From assembly GCA_963717465.1 (NCBI GenBank), contig OY970340.1:256001-320000 (forward strand): a stretch of DNA of 64,000 bases. Direction: 5' to 3'. Below the pieces are notes generated by a model. The model made no database searches. It was not told the origin of the DNA and saw only the letters and a program-made list of their open reading frames with translations. Of this stretch, positions 10,742-20,684 are shown one piece after another. The position numbers were made by a program, and so were the translations under genes. The stretch's first letter is position 1. The number at the start of each line of letters is the position of its first letter. Source of the stretch: Candidatus Bathyarchaeota archaeon. Lineage in GTDB: Archaea > Thermoproteota > Bathyarchaeia > Bathyarchaeales > Bathycorpusculaceae.

Positions 10742-10805
10742 TAACATCAACATTCTAACTACGAATAGAAAAACGATATTTTCGTTAAGAACTTGCCGAT
10801 GGGGC

Positions 10806-10991
10806 TTATCTAACCTTTAACGCGTAACGCCCTTTATCCTTAATGTTCATAGCCTTCGCAATAGCAGAATCTTCAGGCTCAAACATAATGACTAATCCGC
10901 TATAATCTTCGCTTGAACTAGCCGACTTGCATTTGGGGCAAACGTTTTCTTTAGTTATAAAATGGCAATTTGCACATGCTCTTTCACTCAT
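10806..10991 (-). CDS. spt4: Transcription elongation factor Spt4 (RpoE2)
   Basis: ACANCH...CPKC...S.D.SGLV...S.IAK...G.YALKVR. Confidence 0.95.
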   Translation of the reverse strand: MSERACANCHFITKENVCPKCKSASSSEDYSGLVIMFEPEDSAIAKAMNIKDKGRYALKVR

Positions 10992-10996
10992 TCAAA

Positions 10997-11602
10997 TCAC
11001 TTCGCTTTTTCTTCAGCACTTTCTTTCTTGCTTTCTGCTGGTTTCTTTTCCGATGAGTCCTTTGCTCTATCCTGGCTAAGCCATTCTAACTTGCCAAGGA
11101 ACGGCTGCCTTGCAGTGACACCGATCTTTCCTGTGCTTCCAGCTCTACCAAGAGAAACCGCTGTTATCCTTACACGAACATGATCGCCCGTTGTTAGTTT
11201 TCTTTTGGTTTCTTTGCCTAACAAAACACCCTGTTTTTCATCATACGAGATGTAATCATCCATAAGTTGTGAAACATGCAGCAAAGCATCTACTGGTCCA
11301 ATGCGTAGAAAAGCGCCGAAATCAGCAATTTCAACAACGTCTCCTTCAACTATTTCCTGAATTAAAGGATAGAACGTTAACAATGAAAAGTTCACTTTGT
11401 GAAAAGTTGCTCCGTCACCGGGAATAATTTTCCCAATAGGGCTAACTTGAATGCTCGTTACTGCTATGACGTAGCCTAGCTCTTCATCTACTACGCCTTC
11501 ATATTTTGCTTTAACCTGTTCACGCCCGACCTTTTCAAGAGGATTTCCAAAAGTTTCAGGCGGAATGCGGATAGTATCCTGAAGTGTTATGAGTTTAAAC
11601 AT
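10997..11602 (-). CDS. rpoE1: RNA polymerase subunit Rpo7 (RpoE1)
   Basis: IRIPP, GKIIPGDG, S1 domain FGAFLRIGPVDALLHVSQ, RQPFLGK. Confidence 0.96.
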   Translation of the reverse strand: MFKLITLQDTIRIPPETFGNPLEKVGREQVKAKYEGVVDEELGYVIAVTSIQVSPIGKIIPGDGATFHKVNFSLLTFYPLIQEIVEGDVVEIADFGAFLRIGPVDALLHVSQLMDDYISYDEKQGVLLGKETKRKLTTGDHVRVRITAVSLGRAGSTGKIGVTARQPFLGKLEWLSQDRAKDSSEKKPAESKKESAEEKAK

Positions 11603-11606
11603 TGAG

Positions 11607-12024
11607 TTATATCAACCCGTCAATCTCTAGACGCGATTTTTGCCTGACATAAATCACTGGCACACTTATATCTCTTAGCCTCTTCCTTAAATTTATATCA
11701 TTTGTAAAAACAGGCATAATTCCAGTCCTTAGCAACTTTCAAAATCACATCATCAGTTGGCAAATGTTCAGTATTGCTTACTTCAACAAACATGCATTTT
11801 TCGGCAAGTTTTAGAGCATAAAGGGCGTTTTTACGCGTTTTAGGAGAACCTTTTTTTGCAAGCAGCTCAAGTTCACGCTTGACAGGTGAAAGCAAAATGA
11901 ACTCGACATTCCTATTCAACAAGCGTGAAACTTCCTCGAAAACGTCGATTTTGAATTGAAATGGCACAAAGAGAGCATTTGAATCTAATATTACTTTTAG
12001 CGATTCTTTTTTACTAGTAGTCAT
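11607..12024 (-). CDS. PIN domain ribonuclease (Fcf1/VapC9-like), frameshift near the 3' end
   Basis: ILDSNAL, V.REL, TDD; continues FTNDINLRKRL...PVIYVRQK in another frame to the stop at 11607. Confidence 0.88.
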
Positions 12025-12197
12025 TTATCGTTCTTCCATAGACTTGCAATATTTTCTAAGTGTGTTCGTAAAGTTCGCATTTAAACCATTTGGTTTTGAT
12101 TTGAGTATAAGCTTTTTCAATGGTGAATTACGTGTTGAGTCCAATTAATTTACTTATAATTTATATATGCTATAATAACAATTGGATTAAAGCATAA

Positions 12198-12638
12198 GTG
12201 ATAAATGTGCTTTACGAAAAATCCTGTGGAGCAGTAGTGTACGCCAGAAATGAAAACAACATTAGTTTCTTACTTCTCCATTATGAGGCAGGCCACTGGG
12301 AATTCGTAAAAGGCAATGTTGAACCTAACGAGAACGAAAAAGAAACTGTTGTCCGTGAACTTAGAGAAGAAACAGGAATAACTGAAGCTCAATTTATTGA
12401 TGGTTTCAAAGAAAGAATCGAATACTTCTACAGGCGACAAGGTGACACGGTTCGTAAAGAAGTAGTTTTCTTTTTAATTGAATCAAGCACGCAAAAAGTC
12501 ACTTTATCATTTGAACATATTGGTTACATTTGGCTGGATTACCAGCATGCATTAGAAAAACTGACGTTTAAAAACGCCAGAGACGTGCTGCAGAAAGTTC
12601 ATGTTTTCCTAAAGACGCAGGGAATAATAAATCCCTAA
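12198..12638 (+). CDS. Nudix hydrolase (Ap4A hydrolase-like)
   Basis: GHWEFVKG.....E.......RELREETGI Nudix box; LSFEH. Confidence 0.92.
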   Translation: MINVLYEKSCGAVVYARNENNISFLLLHYEAGHWEFVKGNVEPNENEKETVVRELREETGITEAQFIDGFKERIEYFYRRQGDTVRKEVVFFLIESSTQKVTLSFEHIGYIWLDYQHALEKLTFKNARDVLQKVHVFLKTQGIINP

Positions 12639-12649
12639 AAAACGGCGTT

Positions 12650-13914
12650 TTATTTTACTATTCCAAATCCGATAAGTCTCCATCGAGAAACAATTTTCCT
12701 GCTTATAGCAACTCTGGATCCTGGCAAAGCGCAGATAGGCCTAGTTAACTTTACTTTAATATGGTTTTGTTTATTGAAGTGACTTTTCCAACATTCACTG
12801 CGGCTCCGACATGAAGTAGCAATTGTTCGTCAGGGTTAATTTTTTCAACTTTTAAGAGTTCTTTGGTGCCAACTGCCCGTTCTAAAACATGTGTTTCCAA
12901 AGTAAGCTCCGTTACGGTTGGAGGAAGCATTCCTGTTTTACCTGCAATGCTGCCTGTTAAGCCGTCTGCTTTTGAGTAAGATGGGTCTAGCAAGGTTCCC
13001 ACTCCGATTAAGCCGCCGCATGTTGCTTCTTTTACGGTTTTTTCGCCAGAGTGCAAGCTGACTATTTCGCTGACTAAGCGGATGGTATAGCTGTTTTTCC
13101 TTCTTTTTCAATTGCTATTCCAGGGCTGATTTCTATTTCTTCACCTACTGCGAATTTGCCTTGAGCAATTGTTCCGCCGATTATGCCTCCTTCTAAATCT
13201 TCAATAGAAGTGCCAGGTTTGTTAACGTCGAAAGAACGAATGATGTACATGAGCGGTGGTTTAGTTATATCTCTTTTAGGCGTTGGAATAATGTCCTCAA
13301 TAGCATTCAGCAACACGTCAATGTTTATTCCGCGTTGAGCTGAAAGAGGAATAATAGGAGCATTCTCCGCTACGGTTCCTTTAACAAAGCTCTTGATTTC
13401 CTCATAGCTTTTTAGGGCTCTTTTTTCATCAACTATGTCAATTTTGTTCTGAACGATAATTAAGTTCTTTATACCGCTAACTTCAGCTGCTGCCAAGTGT
13501 TCTCGTGTTTGCGGTTGAGGACACGGTTCATCTGCAGCTATAACGAGAATTGCCCCATCCATTATGGCTGCTCCAGAAAGCATCGTAGCCATTAAAGCTT
13601 CATGTCCTGGTGCGTCAACAAAACTTATCGCGCGTTCAAAAACCGTTCGTGAATTGCAGCTTTCGCAGAACTGGTTTAATCGTATAGTTTTTAGGCGGCG
13701 GACAATTTGGGCACTTGTAAATCGGCATATCGGCATAACCGAGTTTTATTGTGATGCCTCTTTTCAATTCTTCACTATGCCTAGAAGCCCACGTGCCCGT
13801 TAAGGCTTTTACAAGCGTTGTTTTACCATGATCAACATGACCAATAGTTCCAACATTAACTTCAGGCTGCTTCGGCAAACCTTTGCCAGCGCCACTTGGA
13901 TTATTCTTTTCCAT
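12650..13914 (-). CDS. eif2g: Translation initiation factor 2 gamma subunit, frameshifted
   Basis: [38 protein letters not shown], terminal RWRLIGFG. Confidence 0.96.
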
Positions 13915-13981
13915 AACTAAATCTCTCACGAATTAACAAAAAGAGTTAATTATGGAAGTTAATAAGTTTTAACATGAAACT

Positions 13982-14374
13982 CTAAGCTTTTGGGGCTGCT
14001 TCAACTTTAGCCTCGGAAGCTTTTGCGGGTCTCTCGATAATTTTCAGATTGAGTTGAACAATTTCATCAGTGATTACGTTCCCACGAACTGCTTTGCGCT
14101 TTCTTTCACCCTTCTTTTTAGGATTAAATCCTGATCCACCGCTTAACACGACATTTCGACGGACTCCACCGTGAACATTGCTTCTCATCGGGACACCATC
14201 CTTATCTGATCCACCTAAAATCTGCACTTTGTGCGCGGGTAAATCTACAATTGATCCATCTAAGGATTCGCCCATTTTGCGACCGATAAATGGAGCAGCG
14301 CGTGCTTCTTCAACTTCAACCACTTTGGATGTCCCATTTTCTGGATCTGACACGATTATCTTGAATTTTGCCAC
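13982..14374 (-). CDS. rps6e: 30S ribosomal protein S6e
   Basis: FKIIVSDP, GGSDKDG.PMR, GERKRK.VRGN. Confidence 0.96.
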   Translation of the reverse strand: MAKFKIIVSDPENGTSKVVEVEEARAAPFIGRKMGESLDGSIVDLPAHKVQILGGSDKDGVPMRSNVHGGVRRNVVLSGGSGFNPKKKGERKRKAVRGNVITDEIVQLNLKIIERPAKASEAKVEAAPKA

Positions 14375-14722
14375 TGATAATTAACTCTCCAGCGGAGTAT
14401 GAAGTTAACTCACTCTCTATTAAGCATTTATCTCCATTGCTTTATCTTCACTGAAGAGATGCTTTTTGCCACTAAATCAGTATGGTTTGCGGTGAATTGC
14501 ATTCGATCGCCCTTAAAAGTCGTTTCATTATGCTTTATCCAGCCAGCTTTGCCTGGTTTATTTTGAGAGCGTAGTTGTTGGTTTTTTGGGTAACCATCGG
14601 ACTGTTTTAATGGCGATTAGATTTGAAGCTAATTGTTGGTTGAGTTTAATGCAGTTGCATTAGTCGTTTTTCAAAAAAACCTAAATTAACTGTAAAAAAA
14701 CTATGCTAAGATGAATGTGGTT

Positions 14723-14758
14723 AATATTTATTTCAAATATTTATTCATAATATTTATT
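14723..14758. repeat. Three direct copies of AATATTTATT at 13-bp spacing
   Basis: Copies start at 14723, 14736 and 14749, upstream of the 14841-pilin gene pair. Confidence 0.8.
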
Positions 14759-14840
14759 ATATAGTAAGTATTAATACTCAATACTTTACGTGTGAAGAAA
14801 GAAATGATGAACGCGTGAAGAATTGAACGAGGGATAGAGA

Positions 14841-15101
14841 TTGAAAAAAGAACCATCAAAAGCGATTGAGAGGAGTTTTAATACAAATTCAACCGAACCA
14901 TACTTTTATATGGCATTCGTGCTTAAAGGCTCGGAAAAACAATATCTAAACCTTTTAAAGTATGTAAACAATCGCAATGGAGCACAAATAATCTACCAAT
15001 GCAAGTCGCTAACATATTTGAGGGTAAGCAGAGAGGACCACTCTCAGATACGTTCAATCGCCCCTGAAACTGTTAGGCTAGAAGCAGAGGAGGCGAAGTA
15101 A
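14841..15101 (+). CDS. Hypothetical protein coupled to the pilin gene
   Basis: 86-aa ORF with a purine-rich upstream segment; its stop abuts the next ATG. Confidence 0.6.
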   Translation: MKKEPSKAIERSFNTNSTEPYFYMAFVLKGSEKQYLNLLKYVNNRNGAQIIYQCKSLTYLRVSREDHSQIRSIAPETVRLEAEEAK

Positions 15102-15717
15102 ATGAGAAACTTTAGTTTTCAAAGGCTTTTACGAAACAGGCATGGGCTGAGTACAGTGGTTAGCACCTTGATTATCTTGGTGGTGGCGGTTTTGCTTTCA
15201 GCGGTCGTGGCAGCCTACGCTACAAACATAGCTGCCTAGCCAAGTTCAAAAGGAAAACTTGTTCGTTGCATCATGTCACGTATGGTATTGGAATAGCACA
15301 ACAACCGTAGCGGGGATGGCGATTTCAAATATAGGACCTGTAGACAGTGTAATAAACAAAATTAGTGTCAACGGATACCAATGTACCTGGAATAGCTCGA
15401 CCTGCTATGTGACTTACTGCATGATCAAGGGCTCTTTACCAGGCGAATTAACGTGCAGTTCAACCTATGATTTTAGCCCCTGGACCAGTACAACAATTCC
15501 TCTTGGTGATAACTTATATGATTTTAACACTGCAAATGAAAGCATACACGTCCAAACTGGTTACACTTTGGCATTTTACGTCGTCATCAACACATCTGAC
15601 ACAAATTCCACCAATGCGATAATGGCTCAAGATGTTTCCATGCCAGTAAATGTCATTCTTACCACAACGCAAGCCGTATACTGCACCGAACCAATAGTAG
15701 AAGAAGTGAGCCAATAA
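15102..15717 (+). CDS. Type IV pilin/archaellin-like protein with class III signal peptide (frameshift near 15237)
   Basis: ATG 15102 gives MRNFSFQRLLRNRHG/LSTVVSTLIILVVAVLLSAVVAAYA; removing one base joins it to ORF 15259-15717 (Ser/Thr-rich, ISN.G motif). Confidence 0.8.
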
Positions 15718-15896
15718 ACAGCCCCTTCTATCTTTTATTTTATTTACGATCTTTTTAAAAAAATTAAGATAGTCGTCTGCGGAAATGTGAATAATGAAGG
15801 TTCATCCGGGAAAAAGTGCTGCTTCACTTAGTGTTTTTAGATGCGTCCTTATTTTTGGGTGATTATTTTATATTCACGTGCCGACAAGTAGATTCT

Positions 15897-16850
15897 ATGA
15901 TCAAGTTTGGTTTACAGCATCCATGTTACTCATACGATGGAAAGGATACAGAGATTTTTCAGACTTTGAAGAAAACAATCTTGTACGCTGAGGAAAAGGG
16001 TTTTGATAGTTTTTGGGTGATGGATCATTTTTTTCAAATACCTATGGTGGGTAAGCTTGAAGAACCGATGCTTGAAGGATGGTCCACCATTTCGGCTATG
16101 GCGGCTGTGACGAGAAAGATACGAGTGGGTACAATGGTCACGGGTAACATTTACCGTAACCCAGCTGTTCTTGCTAAGATGGGCGCTACTGTTGACGTAC
16201 TTAGCAATGGAAGATTATTCATGGGCGTAGGCGCCGGTTGGTTCGAGACTGAAGCCGCGGCTTACGGTATTCCATTCTACACGATTCCAGAGAGATTGAA
16301 GAGGTTGGAGGAGGCTGTTCAAATCATAAAGGGTATGTGGACTGTTGACCATTTCTCTTTTCAAGGCAAGTATTACAGAGTAAGCAACGCCTTGTGTTTT
16401 CCAAAGCCTATACAGAAGCCGTGTCCACCTGTACTTATCGGCGGAGGCGGCGAAAAAGTCACGCTGAAGCTAGTTGCAAAGTACGGTGACGCGTGTAATC
16501 TTTTCGGCGGACCAAAAACAGTGAAAGCCAAACTTGTAAAGCTAAAAGAACACTGCAAGGCTGCCGGCAGAGACTATGACGACATTCTAAAAACTAAATT
16601 GGGGCACCTAATGATCGGCGAGGACAACAAAGAGGTTTCCCAAATGGTTAAGCACAATCGCCAACCTGACTTAACCGACGAGCAGTACAATGAAAGGGTA
16701 ATCTTTGGAACACCAAAGCAGGTAGTCCACAAAATTCAAGAGTTAATCGATGCCGGCGTGCAGTACTTAATCTTCAACGTTGCCTACGGACACGAAGAAA
16801 AAGTATTGAAGCTATTCGTTGAAGAAGTAATGCCTAACATTAACTCTTGA
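15897..16850 (+). CDS. LLM-class (luciferase-like, probably F420-dependent) oxidoreductase
   Basis: GFDSFWVMDHF, YRNPAVLAKM.ATVD..S.GR, GAGW, P.P.QKP.PP..IGGGGEK. Confidence 0.92.
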   Translation: MIKFGLQHPCYSYDGKDTEIFQTLKKTILYAEEKGFDSFWVMDHFFQIPMVGKLEEPMLEGWSTISAMAAVTRKIRVGTMVTGNIYRNPAVLAKMGATVDVLSNGRLFMGVGAGWFETEAAAYGIPFYTIPERLKRLEEAVQIIKGMWTVDHFSFQGKYYRVSNALCFPKPIQKPCPPVLIGGGGEKVTLKLVAKYGDACNLFGGPKTVKAKLVKLKEHCKAAGRDYDDILKTKLGHLMIGEDNKEVSQMVKHNRQPDLTDEQYNERVIFGTPKQVVHKIQELIDAGVQYLIFNVAYGHEEKVLKLFVEEVMPNINS

Positions 16851-17069
16851 TTCATTATGAAACCCGAACTCAATCCCTGATTAACTGCACCTGACAAATC
16901 GTCTTTTGCACGAAAACGCGCCTGTTTCATAAATATTTTTAACGTTAACTAATCTTGCCTTTAGTCTTTTTGCCCGAATTCCCTCGCTCATTGGTTTTTT
17001 GGAGGGTTAATGACCAGTTCGTGAAGCAGTCCCAGAGCAGGCTTGACTTTTCATCGTTTTGATTCTTGC

Positions 17070-17876
17070 TCATTTTGTCGCCTTGAGGTACCTGTTGAAG
17101 AAGGCTAAAGTCATTGCCCATGCGTCTTCAGCTGCCTCCTTGTTGTATGAGTGCCTAGTCTCATTAAAGAAGGCATGCTGCGTACCCTGATAGATCTTCA
17201 TTTGAAAAGTCTTCTTATTCGCAATCATGCTTTCAACCAATCCTGGAACTCCGCCGGTTATTCTCAAGTCCTCGCCAGCATAGATTCCAAATACGGCGCC
17301 GGTGATTTTCGCTACCGCCTCAAGCGGTTTAGGGTTGGCGCCGTAAAATGGAACAACAGCTTTGAACGGGTATTCAGTTGCAAGCTGATAAGCTAAGCCG
17401 CCGCCGAGACAGAAACCTGTAATCCCAAGTCTTTTAGCGTCCACATTTTCTAAAGTTTTAGCGTAGTTCACGCAACTTAGAAGATCTTGTGTCATGGTTT
17501 TTTCAGCGGCCTCTCGCCCACTGTGAAAGAAATTAACTATTTTCCGGTCATCCTCTGATAAGCTCGCCATAAGCGCTTGTATAGTGGCTGGGTCGTTGCG
17601 TTTTTCAGGCGGAATTTGCCACATGTGCATCATTGCTTTCTCGATTGCTTTTTCGGTTAAGTCTTTATTACGGCTGAACAGGTGTGGAGCCACAGCTACA
17701 AAGCCTTGCTGAGCGTATCTATCTGCGACACTTTTGATCTGATCGTTAAGACCCCAAGCTTCATGGACTACAATTATTGCAGGATGCCTGCCTTCAATTT
17801 TAGGTGACGCCACACACGCTGTCATTTCTACGCCATCAGAACACTTGTAAGTTACAGTTACGCTTGAAATATTCAT
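17070..17876 (-). CDS. Dienelactone hydrolase family protein
   Basis: HEAWGLN, GFCLGG nucleophile elbow, HAFFN. Confidence 0.93.
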   Translation of the reverse strand: MNISSVTVTYKCSDGVEMTACVASPKIEGRHPAIIVVHEAWGLNDQIKSVADRYAQQGFVAVAPHLFSRNKDLTEKAIEKAMMHMWQIPPEKRNDPATIQALMASLSEDDRKIVNFFHSGREAAEKTMTQDLLSCVNYAKTLENVDAKRLGITGFCLGGGLAYQLATEYPFKAVVPFYGANPKPLEAVAKITGAVFGIYAGEDLRITGGVPGLVESMIANKKTFQMKIYQGTQHAFFNETRHSYNKEAAEDAWAMTLAFFNRYLKATK

Positions 17877-18073
17877 AAGAAGGTCACGTTAAACTTTACC
17901 AAAACGATATTTAAATGTTAAGTCCGCGACTAATCTATTTTCGCTGGACACTAATCAAGATAAAGAATGATTGTTGCGCTCTAATAAGTAAGCAGTAAAG
18001 TCCCATGTAGTAGGAAAAAAATAACTACTAGTTGCCACTATATCGTTCTTTCAATTTATGGTGGGCTTGGAAG

Positions 18074-18508
18074 ATGGATAAGGAAGAAAATGCTACTGAA
18101 AAGAAGCCGTATGATGTTTACGGACGCGGAAAGGAATGTATTCCTTTTAAGGTTGTGGTTAAACCGCGGTCGGTGATGGGAGATTACATTGCGCTTCACG
18201 GGCTGTGTCCACAAAACGAATTGCCAGAGAACATGCGGGGCAAGATTCCAGAGGATGAAATCTGGATGCGCAAGGACGTTTTTGATAATCCGAAAAGAAG
18301 GGAACGCATTCTTCAAGGACACGAAAAATATGAGCTCTCTTTGATGGAGACTGAAGGCCTAACGTACAAGCAGGCGCATCACAAAGCTGAATTGCATGAA
18401 AAGTTTTACCTTTTTGAAAAAGAGATTGACATGCTAGAGAAGAATTTGAAGATTAAACATCACCTTGATGCAGTAAAAATTGTAGAGCCAAGAAGAAAGA
18501 AACAATAA
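18074..18508 (+). CDS. Hypothetical protein with an HExxE...YxxAHxxA metal-site-like motif
   Basis: ILQGHEKYELSLME.EGLTYKQAHHKA. Confidence 0.6.
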   Translation: MDKEENATEKKPYDVYGRGKECIPFKVVVKPRSVMGDYIALHGLCPQNELPENMRGKIPEDEIWMRKDVFDNPKRRERILQGHEKYELSLMETEGLTYKQAHHKAELHEKFYLFEKEIDMLEKNLKIKHHLDAVKIVEPRRKKQ

Positions 18509-18624
18509 CTAAAAACGAAACTTAGAAGACATACATATCGGCCATCCTAAATTTCAACATTTTTAAGTCCTATATGATCACTCACATGGAACATTTTTAA
18601 TACAGTATTCAGGACCAACAGTAT

Positions 18625-19740
18625 TCAGGACCCTTTGGCAGGCAAGTTTGCGTCAGGTATATTTGCACTTGATTTTTTTCTAGAGCGCAAGAAAAGTAGG
18701 CTAGAAGATGTTTTTGCTATTTGAGGCAAACCAGCTAGATCTTCGAAGATCAATAAGCCGCGTGAAAGAAGAGCGAATGCTGTAGCTGGAGCGGACGCTA
18801 CACCTAACAGCAAAGTGAAGATTCCAATGATACCGAATTCCTGGACTCCGATTCCTGCGGGTGTAATAGGCACAAATGCTAAAGCAGTAGCTAGTGGTTG
18901 GATTAAGAAGAAGCCTATCCAAGGTATCTGAGTTATTCCTAAAGCTTGACCCAAGAAAAACCATTCAAAGCCCTTCAGAGTCCAACAAGTAGCTGTTATG
19001 AGTATTATTACGGGGATTGCATGTCTAGTTTTTTTACCGCTCTCTTTGTATTCATCAAGTTTGCCCATTATGCCTCCTGCAAACGGTTTTAGGAAGCGCG
19101 AGTTGGCGATGCGGTCAAAAAGAGAAATGGCTCGTTTGGACCATGTGAAAGCAGCCATTAAAATTACTCCTACAAGCATCAGGATTATGCCGAGAGCAGC
19201 TATCAGCAAACCAATATTTACTCCTGCAAAGGTTCCAAATTGAGTCCAATTCTTTGCTGGGACAGTACTAATTAGATACATAACGCAACTGACGCTTCCG
19301 ATTACTTTGATGAGAAACTCTATTGTTTGTATGCCTAAAATACCATTTAGACTTTTTGATGATGGCACATTTTGGTCTCTCAGATAAATCGGAGTTAGAA
19401 TATATCCTGAACGCCCTGGAGTAACATCGCTACTTAACATGCCTGCATACTGGGCGAGGAGAGTTCTGCCGAATGTTGTTTTTATTCCATCTCTACCAAG
19501 AATATATCTTAATCGTACAGTGAACAATATGTTTATTGTAAAATATACCAGAAAAGATAAGGCAAGGTATTCTAACTTTATATTAAGTAAATCGTTGTAT
19601 AGTGGGATAAATCCAACGTAATGTTCAACGTACCATAGTAAAGCTGCTAGGATAGCTATCATAAGGATTAGCTGGACTGCATATCTCATGATTTTTCTCG
19701 ATTTTGAATTCTTTTGTTCGACCGATTCGATGGAAGGCAT
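18625..19740 (-). CDS. Flippase-like / lysylphosphatidylglycerol synthase TM-domain protein (UPF0104)
   Basis: Multiple TM segments; TPGRSG and PITPAGIGVQE. Confidence 0.85.
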   Translation of the reverse strand: MPSIESVEQKNSKSRKIMRYAVQLILMIAILAALLWYVEHYVGFIPLYNDLLNIKLEYLALSFLVYFTINILFTVRLRYILGRDGIKTTFGRTLLAQYAGMLSSDVTPGRSGYILTPIYLRDQNVPSSKSLNGILGIQTIEFLIKVIGSVSCVMYLISTVPAKNWTQFGTFAGVNIGLLIAALGIILMLVGVILMAAFTWSKRAISLFDRIANSRFLKPFAGGIMGKLDEYKESGKKTRHAIPVIILITATCWTLKGFEWFFLGQALGITQIPWIGFFLIQPLATALAFVPITPAGIGVQEFGIIGIFTLLLGVASAPATAFALLSRGLLIFEDLAGLPQIAKTSSSLLFLRSRKKSSANIPDANLPAKGS

Positions 19741-19822
19741 ATTCAGTCACTCTTCACGCTAACGATTAAAAAGGTTTAGGTTAACTTCTAGTCATATAGA
19801 CACAACGTTCTGATGACTACTT

Positions 19823-20617
19823 TTATTTACTTGTTGACTTTCGCTTGATATCTTGTCTTCTTTTAATAAGAAAAACTACTACTAACGCTGCTATTATTAT
19901 CACAACTACCGCAATCAGGTAGTTTGAGAATCCTGCTGCTTGCTGCCAATTGGCGCCTAAAATCATTCCTGCATAAACGAGAACAACATCCCAAACTAGG
20001 CATCCGGCTGTTGTATACAGTACGAACCTTGAAATGGACATTTTAGCTGCTCCCGCAGGGAAAGATATCAGCGTTCTGCAACCTGGGGCCAATCTGCTAA
20101 AAAAAACTGCAAAGGCGCCGTACTTGTTAAACCAGCCCTCTACTCTTTGAATATTTGAATCGTTTACTATGATTTTTTTTAATTTTTTGTTTTTAACTAG
20201 GATGTCCAGTCCTTCCATTCCTATGCAGTAGTCGACAAGACTGCCTAATACTCCAGCAATCGTTGAAATAGCTATTGTTAACCAAAAATCTAGTTGACCA
20301 AGATACACAAGGTATCCTGCAAACGGAAGAATTACTTCGCTTGGAATAGGCAGACTGATGGATTCAAGAAGCATTAGCCCAAAAACTCCTGCATAACCCA
20401 ATGATGCAACTGTAGCTGTAAAGTTCTGCGTAAACAAGATTGTAGTATGCAGGATAGCATAGAAGAGTGTGCCACTGAAAGGCTGACCATCGATTAAGAC
20501 ATCTTCAAGCGCATCCCCTATTACAATCAAAAAGCCAAAGGCTAATATGGCGACTGCTATTAACTGAGGTGCTTTTTTCTTAAGTTCATTAAAATTTTTG
20601 GGAAATATAGGTAACAA
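19823..20617 (-). CDS. DedA family membrane protein
   Basis: LESISLPIPSEVILPFAG, WF.KYG, RL.PG.RT.IS.PAG. Confidence 0.92.
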   Translation of the reverse strand: MLPIFPKNFNELKKKAPQLIAVAILAFGFLIVIGDALEDVLIDGQPFSGTLFYAILHTTILFTQNFTATVASLGYAGVFGLMLLESISLPIPSEVILPFAGYLVYLGQLDFWLTIAISTIAGVLGSLVDYCIGMEGLDILVKNKKLKKIIVNDSNIQRVEGWFNKYGAFAVFFSRLAPGCRTLISFPAGAAKMSISRFVLYTTAGCLVWDVVLVYAGMILGANWQQAAGFSNYLIAVVVIIIAALVVVFLIKRRQDIKRKSTSK

Positions 20618-20684
20618 CAGTTCATGCTCTGCTTAGCTAATATTTAGACTTTTGTGCAAATCCAATAATTATAGACTTTCGTGA

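Noticed and set aside
14400..14840. Replication origin suggested by AT-rich 13-bp periodic repeats
   Set aside because: No ORB elements with G-strings and no adjacent orc1/cdc6
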